Shown one piece after another: positions 20,338-29,598 of a stretch of 64,000 bases of DNA. Position 1 is the stretch's first letter. Every line of letters starts with the position of its first letter. The position numbers and the translations under genes are program-made. The notes beneath the pieces are model-generated. The model saw nothing but the letters and a program-made list of their open reading frames with translations, was not told the origin of the DNA and did not search any database. Origin of the DNA: Novosphingobium sp. (GTDB taxonomy: Bacteria; Pseudomonadota; Alphaproteobacteria; Sphingomonadales; Sphingomonadaceae); NCBI GenBank assembly GCA_026400375.1, contig JAPLPG010000314.1, positions 1,763 to 65,762 of the forward strand, in the 5' to 3' direction.

Positions 20338-21108
20338 TCAATACTTGTACGATTGCCCGCCATCGATGGGGATGGTCGTGCCGTTGATGAACGGTGCTTC
20401 GCCCGACAGCAGGAAGGCGACGAGCGCCGCCACCTCTTCGGGCCGACCGAACCGCTTCATCGGATTGACCGAGACGAACTGCCGCCCGACCTCTTCCCAG
20501 TCATCGCCGCCAATCTGCCGCAGCGAACCTTCGACCATCGCGGTCATGATCGCGCCGGGGGCAATCGCGTTGATCTGCACGCCGTGCACGCCATATTCCA
20601 CCGCTGAATTGCGCGTCAGGCCGACAACGCCATGCTTGGCCGCCGCATAGCCGCTCTGGTTGCCGATGCCCCGAATGCCGCCGACCGACGCGGTGTTCAC
20701 CACAGCTCCTGAGCCTTGTGCACGCATCACCTTGAGGACGGCGGCGAGGCCGAAGAACACGCCATCGAGATTGATCGAGATGACCCGGTGGAACTCTTCC
20801 GCCCCGAAATCCTCGGTGAGGTTCTGGCGCCCTTCGATGCCGGCGTTGTTGAAGAACCCGTCGATCCGGCCATAGGCTGCCATTGTCGCATCGACATAGG
20901 CCTGCACTTGCGCGCTATCGGCGACGTCGGCCTGGAAAAGGGTGACGTTTGCGTCTGCGGGAAGGGTCGCCTTAGCCGCGTCCAGCGCATCGGCGCGCAG
21001 GTCAACCAGCATCAGCGATGCGCCTTCCTCGGCCAGCCGCTGCACGGTCGCCAGCCCGAGCCCCGAAGCCGCACCGGTCACGATCACGACCTTGTCCTTG
21101 AAACGCAT
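20338..21108 (-). CDS. SDR, levodione reductase-like
   Basis: GRIDGFFNNAGIEG and NTASVGGIRGIGNQSGYAAAKHGVVGLTRNSAVEYG match Lvr as recalled. Confidence 0.9.
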   Translation of the reverse strand: MRFKDKVVIVTGAASGLGLATVQRLAEEGASLMLVDLRADALDAAKATLPADANVTLFQADVADSAQVQAYVDATMAAYGRIDGFFNNAGIEGRQNLTEDFGAEEFHRVISINLDGVFFGLAAVLKVMRAQGSGAVVNTASVGGIRGIGNQSGYAAAKHGVVGLTRNSAVEYGVHGVQINAIAPGAIMTAMVEGSLRQIGGDDWEEVGRQFVSVNPMKRFGRPEEVAALVAFLLSGEAPFINGTTIPIDGGQSYKY

Positions 21109-21226
21109 ATCCTTTTCCCTTTTTCGCTGTTTCGCGTGAGCAAGGTCTAGCAGCGAAGGGACGGACTACGGAACGCGCACATTGAGCAGGTAGCCGAACA
21201 GGCCGGGCGTTTCGGTGCAGGCCGGA

Positions 21227-21865
21227 TCAGGCGGGGTCCAGCGCAGCCAGATGGGCCAGAGCGGTCTGTTCCGTGATGACTTCGGCGTACTTTGCTTGCA
21301 GGTCGAACAGGTTCGCCTCGTGCGGGCCGGGATGGCGATCACCGCAGGCATCGCGGACGACGAACGGCAGGAATCCGTTCTGACAGGCATCGAGCGCGCT
21401 TGCCCGCACGCAGCCCGAGGTCGATACGCCGGTGATCATCAGCGTATCGACGCCAAGCGCGGTCAACGTGGCGGCCAGATGCGTTGCAAAGAACGCCGAG
21501 GCATAGCGCTTGGTGATGACCAGATCGCCGTCCTTCGGGCAGAGCCTTGTCGGAAACGCCCCCAGCGGCGATCCCTTTTCGAACACCCGTAGCGCGGGCA
21601 CCTTGCGGAAGAACACGCCGCCGTCCGCCCCGCCGGGGGCAAATTCGACGTTGGTGAAGATCACCGGAACGCCTGCCTGCCGCGCCGCCGTTGCCAGCCG
21701 CGCGGCAGAATCGACTGCCGTCTCGATCCCGGCGTAAAGCGGCGATCCGGGCTGGAGATAGGCCTCGACCATGTCGATCACGATCAGCGCCGGACGCTTG
21801 CCGAAGGGCAGGGTCCCATCGAAGGCGCCGGTGTAATTGGCGCTGACCTGGGCGTAGTCGGTCAT
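21227..21865 (-). CDS. Isochorismatase-family cysteine hydrolase (maleamate/N-carbamoylsarcosine amidohydrolase-like)
   Basis: Triad VID...ITKRYASAFF...GVSTSGCVRAS; NLFDLQAKYAEV. Confidence 0.9.
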   Translation of the reverse strand: MTDYAQVSANYTGAFDGTLPFGKRPALIVIDMVEAYLQPGSPLYAGIETAVDSAARLATAARQAGVPVIFTNVEFAPGGADGGVFFRKVPALRVFEKGSPLGAFPTRLCPKDGDLVITKRYASAFFATHLAATLTALGVDTLMITGVSTSGCVRASALDACQNGFLPFVVRDACGDRHPGPHEANLFDLQAKYAEVITEQTALAHLAALDPA

Positions 21866-21881
21866 GGCCGGGTTCGCCCCA

Positions 21882-23096
21882 TCAGATCACCCCGCGCGCG
21901 GCCAGCGCGTCGAGCTGCGCTGCATCGAGGCCGAGCAAGCTGCCGTAGATTTCGGCATTGTGCTGGCCGATGACCGAAGGCGCAGGGGTGCGCACGCTGC
22001 TGGGCGTGGCCGACATCCGCGGCACGACGTTCTGCATCTTGAGCTTGCCGAACCGTTCGGTTTCCACCTCGATAATCGCCTCGCGCGCCTGGAAGTGCGG
22101 GTCGGCCAGCATTTCGGGCGCGCGGTAGACCTTTCCGGCCGGGATCGAATGCTTGATCATCAGCGCATCGACCTCTTCGATGGTCAGCCTTGCTGTCCAG
22201 TCGTTGATCAGGGCATCCAGCTCGATCTGGTTCGCGCCGCGCGCCACGTGCGTGGCATAGCGCGGGTCGGTCGCCAGTTCGGGCTGGCCCATCGCTTCTG
22301 CCAATCGCGCAAAGATCGCGTCCTTGTTGGCGCCGATCATGAAATCGCCATCGCTGCACTTGTACACGTTCGACGGTGCGATGCCCGGCAGGAACGAACC
22401 CGAACGTTCGCGGATGATCCCCGAATGATCGTATTCGGGAATGACGCTTTCCATGACCTGCAGCACGGCTTCATATAGCGCGGTGTCGATCACCTGGCCC
22501 TTGCCGGTCGAAGCGCGCGCGTGCAGCGCGGCCAGCACGCCCATGCAGCCGTAAGTTGCTGTCAGCGTATCGCCGATCGAGATCCCCATGCGGCTTGGCG
22601 GGCGGTCCGGTTCGCCGACGATATAACGCCAGCCGCCCATCGCTTCGCCGATCCCGCCGAAACCGGCGCGGTCGGAGTAGGGCCCGGTCTGGCCATAGCC
22701 CGACATGCGCGCGATGATCAGGCCGGGGTTTAAGGCATGCAGCGCATCCGGCCCTAGGCCCCACTTTTCCAGCGTGCCGGGCTTGAAGTTCTCGATCATC
22801 ACATCGGCCTGGACCAGCAGCTGGCGCACCAGGTCCTGCCCTTCGGGCACGCGCAGATTGGCCGTGACCGATTTCTTGTTGCGGGCAATGACCTCCCAAT
22901 TGACCTTGTCATCGCCCAGGCCCCAATCGCGCATCGGATCGCCGCCAACGCCGTTGACCACCGGTGGTTCGACCTTGATCACGTCTGCGCCCATATCGCC
23001 CAGCAGCTGCCCGCAAAACGGCCCGGCCAGCAGCTGCCCCAATTCGATCACCCGGATGCCCTTCAGAGCACCGTTGTTAACCGCCATCTGTACCAT
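21882..23096 (-). CDS. Family III CoA-transferase (CaiB/BaiF)
   Basis: GIRVIELG..LAGP, RNKKS, ENFKPG, SGYGQTGP, SIGD. Confidence 0.92.
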   Translation of the reverse strand: MVQMAVNNGALKGIRVIELGQLLAGPFCGQLLGDMGADVIKVEPPVVNGVGGDPMRDWGLGDDKVNWEVIARNKKSVTANLRVPEGQDLVRQLLVQADVMIENFKPGTLEKWGLGPDALHALNPGLIIARMSGYGQTGPYSDRAGFGGIGEAMGGWRYIVGEPDRPPSRMGISIGDTLTATYGCMGVLAALHARASTGKGQVIDTALYEAVLQVMESVIPEYDHSGIIRERSGSFLPGIAPSNVYKCSDGDFMIGANKDAIFARLAEAMGQPELATDPRYATHVARGANQIELDALINDWTARLTIEEVDALMIKHSIPAGKVYRAPEMLADPHFQAREAIIEVETERFGKLKMQNVVPRMSATPSSVRTPAPSVIGQHNAEIYGSLLGLDAAQLDALAARGVI

Positions 23097-23099
23097 CGC

Positions 23100-24974
23100 C
23101 TATTCCGCTGCCTGCAAGGTTTGCCATACCGGCTGGATCGGCGCGGGCAACCCGGTCTCCGCCTCGCAGTTTGCGCGCAGGGTTTCGATGTCGGGACCGT
23201 AGTTGAACAGGCCGAGCGGCGGACGTTCGGCGCGCAGCCTGGTGCGCAGCGCCTCGGTTGCGGCGTGGTCGACCACGCCGTTGTCATTGGCGACCACGCC
23301 ATAGGCCAGCGCGCCTTCGGGGGTGACGAGCCCTTGCGTGATCTCCTTGCCGACCAGTTCGGGCGCGCGTTCCAGCGGATCGCCCCAGCCGCCGCCGCCC
23401 CAGGTAATGAAGTGCAGCAGATCGCCCGCTTCGACCGGGTAGGCATCGACCTTGTTGCCGATGATGATCTGCGTGCCGTCGGGCTTCTCCACGATCTTGC
23501 GCGCGCGCTTGCCGGGTTCGCCGCCATTGACGCCCCATGGCGGCACGAACCAGCGGTCGTCATGCGCCGAAATCGTGCCATCGGCGAGGAAGCGATAGGT
23601 CATGTTGATGCCGTTGCCGCCACGGTGTAGGCCCGCGCCGCCGCTGTCGGGCACGGTTTCGTAGTTTTCGATCAGCAGCGGGAAGTAGCGTTCGAGGAAC
23701 TCGTTGGGCACGTTGGTGAAGCCGGGCCATAGCGAGTGTCCGTCGGGCCCGTCGCCCATCGGACGGCCGGGAATGCCGCCGAAGCCGATCTGGAACAGCT
23801 GGAACCATTCGCCCTTGGCATCCAGCCCTGAATAGAACAGGTGGGGCGAAGATGAGAAGCCGGCGGCGTTGAGGAATTCCGGCGTCTTCTGGCCGAGCAG
23901 GCCGCCCAGAATGTCGAAGATCCGCCCCAGCGCATGGGTGCGACCCGAGAGGGCTGCGGGGAATTTCGGCTTGAGCAGCGATCCTTCGGGAATGCGCACG
24001 TCGATCAGGTCGTAGAACCCGTCATTGAACAGGATCTGCGGGTCGAACACCATGATCATGTAGATGCCGAAGAACATTCGGAACATGTTCTCGTTCAGCA
24101 GGAAGTTGATCGAATACTGGCTCTGCGGATCGGTGCCGTCGAAATCGAGCACGACCTTCTCGCCCTCGCGCCACATCGTGCATTTGATCTTGAACGGCCC
24201 TGCGCCCATGCCATCGTCGCAGATGTAGTCCTCGAAGCTTACCGGCTCTTCGCCGATGGCCCCGGCGATCAACTGCTTCATCGCGCGGTGATTGCGCGCC
24301 AGCAGTTCCTCGGTGGCCGAGACATAGACGTCCTCGCCAAAGCGATCGGCCATTTCGATCACGCGGCGGGCGGCCACGCGGCAGGCCGCGATCAGCGCGT
24401 TGAGATCGGCCTGGCACCAATCGGGCTTGCGCGTCTGGTGCATCACCAGCTTGATCAGGTCTTCGTTGTATTCGCCCTTCTTCCAGAGCTTTACCGGCGG
24501 AATGCGGACGCCTTCCTCGAAGATCGAGCGCGAATCGATCGGCATCGAGCCGACGACCTTGCCGCCGATATCGGCCTGGTGGCCGAACATCGCGGTATAG
24601 CCGATCAGGCGCCCGTTCTTGAACACCGGCAGCAGCACCAGCCAGTCGTTCGAATGGCTGACCGCGCCGCCGCAGCTGTAGGGATCGGACAGGAAGATCA
24701 TGTCGCCATCTTCCAGCGTGCCGTCGTACTGGTCGAGGAACCCGCCGATGAAGCTGCCGAACTGGCCGACGATCATCTTGCCATTGTGATCGGCGATCAG
24801 CGGGAAGGCATCGCCCTGTTCGCGAATGCCCGGAGACATTGCGGTGCGCTTGAGCGTGGCGTCCATCTCATTGCGCGCATTGCGCAGCGCGTTCTCGATG
24901 ATGTCGAGCGTGACCGGATCGATCGGCCGCTTCTCGAACGGGGCGGTGTTGGTCTGGATGATGCGTGCGGACAT
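23100..24974 (-). CDS. Hydantoinase B/oxoprolinase subunit (ATP-dependent lactamase beta)
   Basis: DPVTLDII, SPGIREQGD, DPY...SHSND, HQADIGG, DSGGAG..RGG, GGGGWGDP. Confidence 0.93.
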   Translation of the reverse strand: MSARIIQTNTAPFEKRPIDPVTLDIIENALRNARNEMDATLKRTAMSPGIREQGDAFPLIADHNGKMIVGQFGSFIGGFLDQYDGTLEDGDMIFLSDPYSCGGAVSHSNDWLVLLPVFKNGRLIGYTAMFGHQADIGGKVVGSMPIDSRSIFEEGVRIPPVKLWKKGEYNEDLIKLVMHQTRKPDWCQADLNALIAACRVAARRVIEMADRFGEDVYVSATEELLARNHRAMKQLIAGAIGEEPVSFEDYICDDGMGAGPFKIKCTMWREGEKVVLDFDGTDPQSQYSINFLLNENMFRMFFGIYMIMVFDPQILFNDGFYDLIDVRIPEGSLLKPKFPAALSGRTHALGRIFDILGGLLGQKTPEFLNAAGFSSSPHLFYSGLDAKGEWFQLFQIGFGGIPGRPMGDGPDGHSLWPGFTNVPNEFLERYFPLLIENYETVPDSGGAGLHRGGNGINMTYRFLADGTISAHDDRWFVPPWGVNGGEPGKRARKIVEKPDGTQIIIGNKVDAYPVEAGDLLHFITWGGGGWGDPLERAPELVGKEITQGLVTPEGALAYGVVANDNGVVDHAATEALRTRLRAERPPLGLFNYGPDIETLRANCEAETGLPAPIQPVWQTLQAAE

Positions 24975-24989
24975 GGGTCTTGCCTCCTC

Positions 24990-27028
24990 TCAGGCCAAAT
25001 TGATCAGGATGTTGCCGACACGGTCGACCTCGGCAACGCAACCGGTTTCGATCAGGGTGGTCGAGTCCATCTCGATGACGATGGCGGGGCCGGGTATGAT
25101 ATCGCCCTGCCGCAGCTTGGCGCGGTCATAGATCACCGCGGCCTGCTCCTTGCCGTCCATCCACAAGGTGTGATCGCGCATTTTCGCCTCGATCGGATCA
25201 CCATTGCCCCTTGGCAGTTCGACAGCCGGAAGATCGAGCGACTGGCCAAGCGCCACGGCGCGCAGGTTCACGATCTCGTGCGGGGTATCCATGTTGAAGG
25301 TGAACAGGCGCAAGTGCTCCTCGTCGAACCGCTTGAGGATGCCGGCAATGCCATCGCGCTCCAGCACTTCGGCGGTGATCGTCAGTGGCACTTCGAAGGC
25401 CTGCCCGGCATAGCGCACGTCGACCTCGAATTCGCTTTCGATGCTCGCTTCGGGCAGGCCGTCGGCGCGCAGTTCGGCGCGGGTCTGGTTGGCCATGTCC
25501 CTGAGGATAGCGATCAGTTCGGCCGCGTCGGTCTGGGTGGCGAGGCGCGAGAACGAGCGCGCCGTTTCGGTGCGCATCCGCGTGGTCGCATCGCCCAGCG
25601 CGCAGAGCACGCCCGGCGACACCGGCGAAACAGCGGGCCAACTGCTCATCAGGCGGGCCACGGCGTTGACATGGAGCGGCCCGGCGCCGCCAAAGCCCAT
25701 CAGCGAGAAGTGGCGCGGGTCATAGCCCTGTTGCACCGAGATCATGCGCAGCGCGTCTCGTTGACGATGTCGATGATCCCGCGCGCCGCCGCCATCAGAT
25801 CGATGTTCAGCGCATCGGCGATGGTCTGCACCGCGCGCTTGGCGCCTTCGCGGTCCAGCTTGAAACTGCCGCCCAGGAGGTTCTCCGGCAGATAGCCGAG
25901 CACGACGTTGGCATCGGTCACGGTCGGCAATTCGCCCCCCTTGCCATAGGCCACCGGCCCCGGCACCGCGCCCGCCGATTGCGGGCCCACGCGCAGGGCC
26001 TTGGTCAGTTCGGGCACATAGGCGATCGAACCGCCGCCCGCGCCAACGGTCTTCACATCGAGCGAGGAGGCGCGGACCGACAGGTGGCCGACTTCGGTGG
26101 TGCGCACACGGCGCGGCTCGAGGTTCTCGATCAGCGCCACGTCGGTCGACGTGCCGCCAACGTCGAGCGTTAGGATGTTGCGCAGGCCCGAATTGCGGCC
26201 CACCCACAGCGCCCCGGTAACCCCGCCGGCCGGGCCGGACATCAGGATGTTGACCGGCTGTTCCTCGGCCTTTTGCGCCGACATCAGCCCGCCGTCCGAG
26301 CGCAGCAGCGAAAGCTTGCCGTTCATGCCCGACACGGCCAGCTTGTCGCGCAGGCTGGAGACATAGCGGCTGACGACCGGACGGACCGCAGCATTGGCCA
26401 CCGTGGTCAGCGTGCGTTCGTATTCCTGCATTTCGGGCAGGACTTCGTGGCTGAGCGAGACCGGAATGTCCTGCATCATCTCGCGCGCCATCGCGCCGAT
26501 GCGCGCTTCATGATCGCCGTTGACATAGGCATTGATCAGCGAGACCGTGATCGCCTCGACGCCCTGCTCCTTCAGCTTCTGCAGCGCGGTCTTGACGCTT
26601 TCTTCGTCCAGCGGGCGCACTTCGTTGCCAGCAGCGTCGATGCGGCCGCCGACGGTCATCGTGTCCTCCAGCGCGGCCAATGGCACCGGCTTGGGCCAGA
26701 TGATCCACCCGGCAAGACCGCCGGGCACATAGGACCGCGCGATCTGCAGGACGTGGCGATAACCCTCGGTGGTGATCAGGCCGACGCGGGCACCCTTGCC
26801 TTCGAGCACGGCGTTGGTGGCCACGGTCGTGCCGTGGAGGAAATACTCGATCTCCCTGGGATCGACCCCGGCCTTCTCGCAGATCGCGGTGACGCCGGTC
26901 AGGATGCCTTCCGAACTGTCGTGCGGGGTCGATGGCGTCTTGTGGCGCCAGAACGCGCCGGTCGCCTCATCGAACAGCAGCAAGTCGGTGAATGTCCCGC
27001 CGACATCAACCCCCAAACGATAACCCAT
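24990..27028 (-). CDS. Hydantoinase A/oxoprolinase subunit (ATP-binding), frameshifted near 25755
   Basis: GVDVGGTFTD, HGTTVATNA, SGPAGG, DVGGTSTD, GPQSAGAVPGP; second frame LRMISVQQGYDPR..FGGAGPLH; junction lacks the usual NMFGA-type residues. Confidence 0.9.
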
Positions 27029-27055
27029 CTATGCGTCCTTTGTTGCTGGAGTCAG

Positions 27056-27970
27056 CTATGCTGATGTGGATTTGGGGAAGCGCGGCGCCTGCGCCACCAT
27101 TCCCGGCAATTTGCGGCCAATGATATCCGACAGCCACGCGCTGCTGGCGATCAGCTGGTCAAGGTCCATGCCCGTGGCAACATGCGCGCGTTCCAGCATG
27201 TAGACCACGTCTTCGCTGGAAACATTGCCCGCTGCACCCGGAGCGAACGGGCAACCGCCCAGACCGCCAAGCGCGGCATCGACAATGCCGGCCCCGGCGC
27301 CGACCGCAGCCCAGACGTTGGCAAGCCCGGTGCCGCGGGTGTTGTGGAAGTGTACGCGCACCGGCAGCGGGTGGATCGCCGCGCGCACCGCGCTGACCAG
27401 CCGGTCCACCTGCGCCGGATCGGCCACGCCGATGGTGTCTGCCAGCGCGATCTCCACCGGTCCCGCCTCTGCCAGCCGCCGGGCCATCTCGATCACGCGG
27501 GCCTCGTCAACTTCGCCTTCGAAGGGGCAGCCGAACGCTGCGCCGATGGTGGCCTGCCCGGTGAGGCCGGCGGCTTGCGCCATGGCGATGATCGCCTTGG
27601 CGGCATCGACCGAACCGTCGCTCGTCTGGCCCTGGTTGGCCATGGCAAAGGTGTCGGTTGCAACGGCCACGGCGCCAAGCTGGTCGATGCGGCCGGTGGC
27701 AATGGCGCGATCTGCGCCGCGCGCGTTCATCACCAGGCCGATAAAGCTGACATCGGACCGGTCCGGCAGCCCGGCGCACACCTCTGCGGCATCTGCCATC
27801 TGCGGGACGCGGGTCGGATTGACGAAACTGGTCACCTCGATCCGTCGTGCCCCGGCGGCGATCGCGCGGTTGATCAGTTCAAGCTTGTCGGCGGTCGAAA
27901 CCACCGTCCGCTCATTCTGCAGGCCGTCGCGCGGACCAACCTCGACAAATTCGATCTGTGTTGCTGCCAT
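27056..27970 (-). CDS. HMG-CoA lyase family (DRE-TIM) CoA-ester lyase
   Basis: EVGPRDGLQNE, LADTIG, HFHNTRG, GGCPFAPGAAGN. Confidence 0.92.
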   Translation of the reverse strand: MAATQIEFVEVGPRDGLQNERTVVSTADKLELINRAIAAGARRIEVTSFVNPTRVPQMADAAEVCAGLPDRSDVSFIGLVMNARGADRAIATGRIDQLGAVAVATDTFAMANQGQTSDGSVDAAKAIIAMAQAAGLTGQATIGAAFGCPFEGEVDEARVIEMARRLAEAGPVEIALADTIGVADPAQVDRLVSAVRAAIHPLPVRVHFHNTRGTGLANVWAAVGAGAGIVDAALGGLGGCPFAPGAAGNVSSEDVVYMLERAHVATGMDLDQLIASSAWLSDIIGRKLPGMVAQAPRFPKSTSA

Positions 27971-27986
27971 CTTTCAAGCATCGCAG

Positions 27987-28000
27987 TTTTGGATACAAAA
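27987..28000. promoter_or_regulatory. Candidate GntR operator (GTATAC-type) upstream of the lyase-hydantoinase operon
   Basis: TTTTGGATACAAAA, one mismatch from the palindrome TTTTGTATACAAAA. Confidence 0.6.
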
Positions 28001-28002
28001 TC

Positions 28003-28028
28003 AAGAGGGCATGCCGGCCCTCTTTTTT
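28003..28028. terminator. Hairpin/terminator downstream of GntR
   Basis: AAGAGGGC-ATGCCG-GCCCTCTT with adjacent T-run. Confidence 0.55.
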
Positions 28029-28036
28029 GAGGCGCC

Positions 28037-28711
28037 TTATTCGGCGGCCTGCGACATATCCGGTAGGCGCTGGTCGATGTGGACGTTGGCATAGGCGTGG
28101 AAGGCGCGGCGGATGTGGGAGATCATCACCGCCTCGGCCCAGGCTGGATCATGGTGCTCGAACGCGGCGATCAGTTCACCATGCTGGCGGTGCGAACGCT
28201 CCAGATCCTCGAGCGAATAATTGCGGGCGGTGCGATGGACGATGGGCCGCTCGACAATCCGCGCCAGCATGTTGGTCAATTGTGCCGATGCCGATGCCTC
28301 AAGAATAACGCCATGAAACAGGTGGTTATGTTCGATAAAGCTGTGCGTGTCGGGCTTTGTGGCGTGGATCGCCTTGCCGATCGCCTCGTGATGCGTCTTG
28401 AGGCGCTCGATCTGCTCCCAACTGATGCGTTTGGCTGCGCGGCGGGCAGCGCGGCTTTCCAGCATGCCGCGCAATTCGAACATTTCCTCGACATCGTCGA
28501 TCGACCAGTCCGCCACGAAACTGCGTTGCGTATCGTTGCGGCGAATCAGTAGCTCGGCTTCGAGCCGGTTCAGCGCTTCACGGATGGGGGTGCGCGAAAC
28601 CCCGCATTGTTCGGCCAGCGCTTCCTCTCCGATCTTTGCCCCAGAGGGCAGGTCGCCAGACAGGATCATGTCGCGAATTATGGCGTAAGCCCGGTCAGAT
28701 GCGCGCGACAT
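28037..28711 (-). CDS. GntR family regulator (FCD domain)
   Basis: GVSRTPIREAL..LEAE; N..FH and QHGELI FCD motifs. Confidence 0.92.
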   Translation of the reverse strand: MSRASDRAYAIIRDMILSGDLPSGAKIGEEALAEQCGVSRTPIREALNRLEAELLIRRNDTQRSFVADWSIDDVEEMFELRGMLESRAARRAAKRISWEQIERLKTHHEAIGKAIHATKPDTHSFIEHNHLFHGVILEASASAQLTNMLARIVERPIVHRTARNYSLEDLERSHRQHGELIAAFEHHDPAWAEAVMISHIRRAFHAYANVHIDQRLPDMSQAAE

Positions 28712-28743
28712 TCTTTCTTTCTCCTCCTGCTTGACCGAAGATC

Positions 28744-28755
28744 ATTGTATACATT
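28744..28755. promoter_or_regulatory. Candidate GntR operator (GTATAC-type)
   Basis: ATTGTATACATT palindrome between divergent gntR and racemase-like gene. Confidence 0.65.
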
Positions 28756-28794
28756 AGGCTGCCATATCTGCAACTGGGTGGGGTGCAACGTAAC

Positions 28795-29544
28795 GTGGCT
28801 GAACACCGGATAAAAGTCATCGTTCCGATCCCGATGGATGAAGCTGGCGTGGCAAACCGCGCGTCGCAGCTTTCGCCTGATGTGATCTCCCCGGGCTTCA
28901 TGCCCGAATTTGCGGCGGTGGGCTGGGGCGCGGCGCTCGGCGATTCCTATCACGACATGCTGCTGATGGACTGGACGGTGTTCCAGGCCGGCATCGATGC
29001 CGAGGCCGAGGGCTATAGCGCGGTCGTCATCGATACGGTCAGCGATTCCGGCCTGCGTGCCCTGCGTTCGCGGCTGTCGATCCCGGTGGTCGGACCGGGG
29101 GAGTGCGCATTCCACGCCGCGATGATGCTCGGCAAGAAGTTCTGCGTCCTGACCATGTGGGACGAATGGTTCCCGCTCTACGAAAAGACGCTGACCGAAT
29201 ACGGCCTGTGGTCGCGCTGTTCGGGCCTGCGCTCGATCAAGACGCGTCCTGATCTGGCGGATCTGCTGGCTGGCAAGGAAGAGGTGATCTTCGCCAAGCT
29301 CAAGGCCGAGGCCGAGGCCGCGATGGCCGAGGACGGTGCCGACGTGATCGTGCTGGGCTCGACGACGATGCACCAGTCGGCGCAATGGCTGTCGCAGAAC
29401 CTGCCCATCCCGGTCATCAATCCCGGGGTGATGGCCTACAAGCAGGCCGAACTGCTGGTGCAGCTTGGCCTGTCTCACAGCAAGAAAGCCTATCCCGCGC
29501 CGCAAGTCGGCAATGATGCAGGGATACGCAAGGGGAGTTCATGA
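28795..29544 (+). CDS. Asp/Glu/hydantoin racemase-fold protein (copy 1; Thr/Ser at catalytic positions)
   Basis: GYSAVVIDTVSDSGL..LR....IPVVGPGE; DGADVIVLGSTTM; PVINP; start uncertain (GTG 28783 or 28795). Confidence 0.85.
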   Translation: MAEHRIKVIVPIPMDEAGVANRASQLSPDVISPGFMPEFAAVGWGAALGDSYHDMLLMDWTVFQAGIDAEAEGYSAVVIDTVSDSGLRALRSRLSIPVVGPGECAFHAAMMLGKKFCVLTMWDEWFPLYEKTLTEYGLWSRCSGLRSIKTRPDLADLLAGKEEVIFAKLKAEAEAAMAEDGADVIVLGSTTMHQSAQWLSQNLPIPVINPGVMAYKQAELLVQLGLSHSKKAYPAPQVGNDAGIRKGSS

Positions 29545-29598
29545 ACGGAAATGGCATGCTCTGACTAAGCGCAATCAAGAGACAAACAGGGGGTAAGC

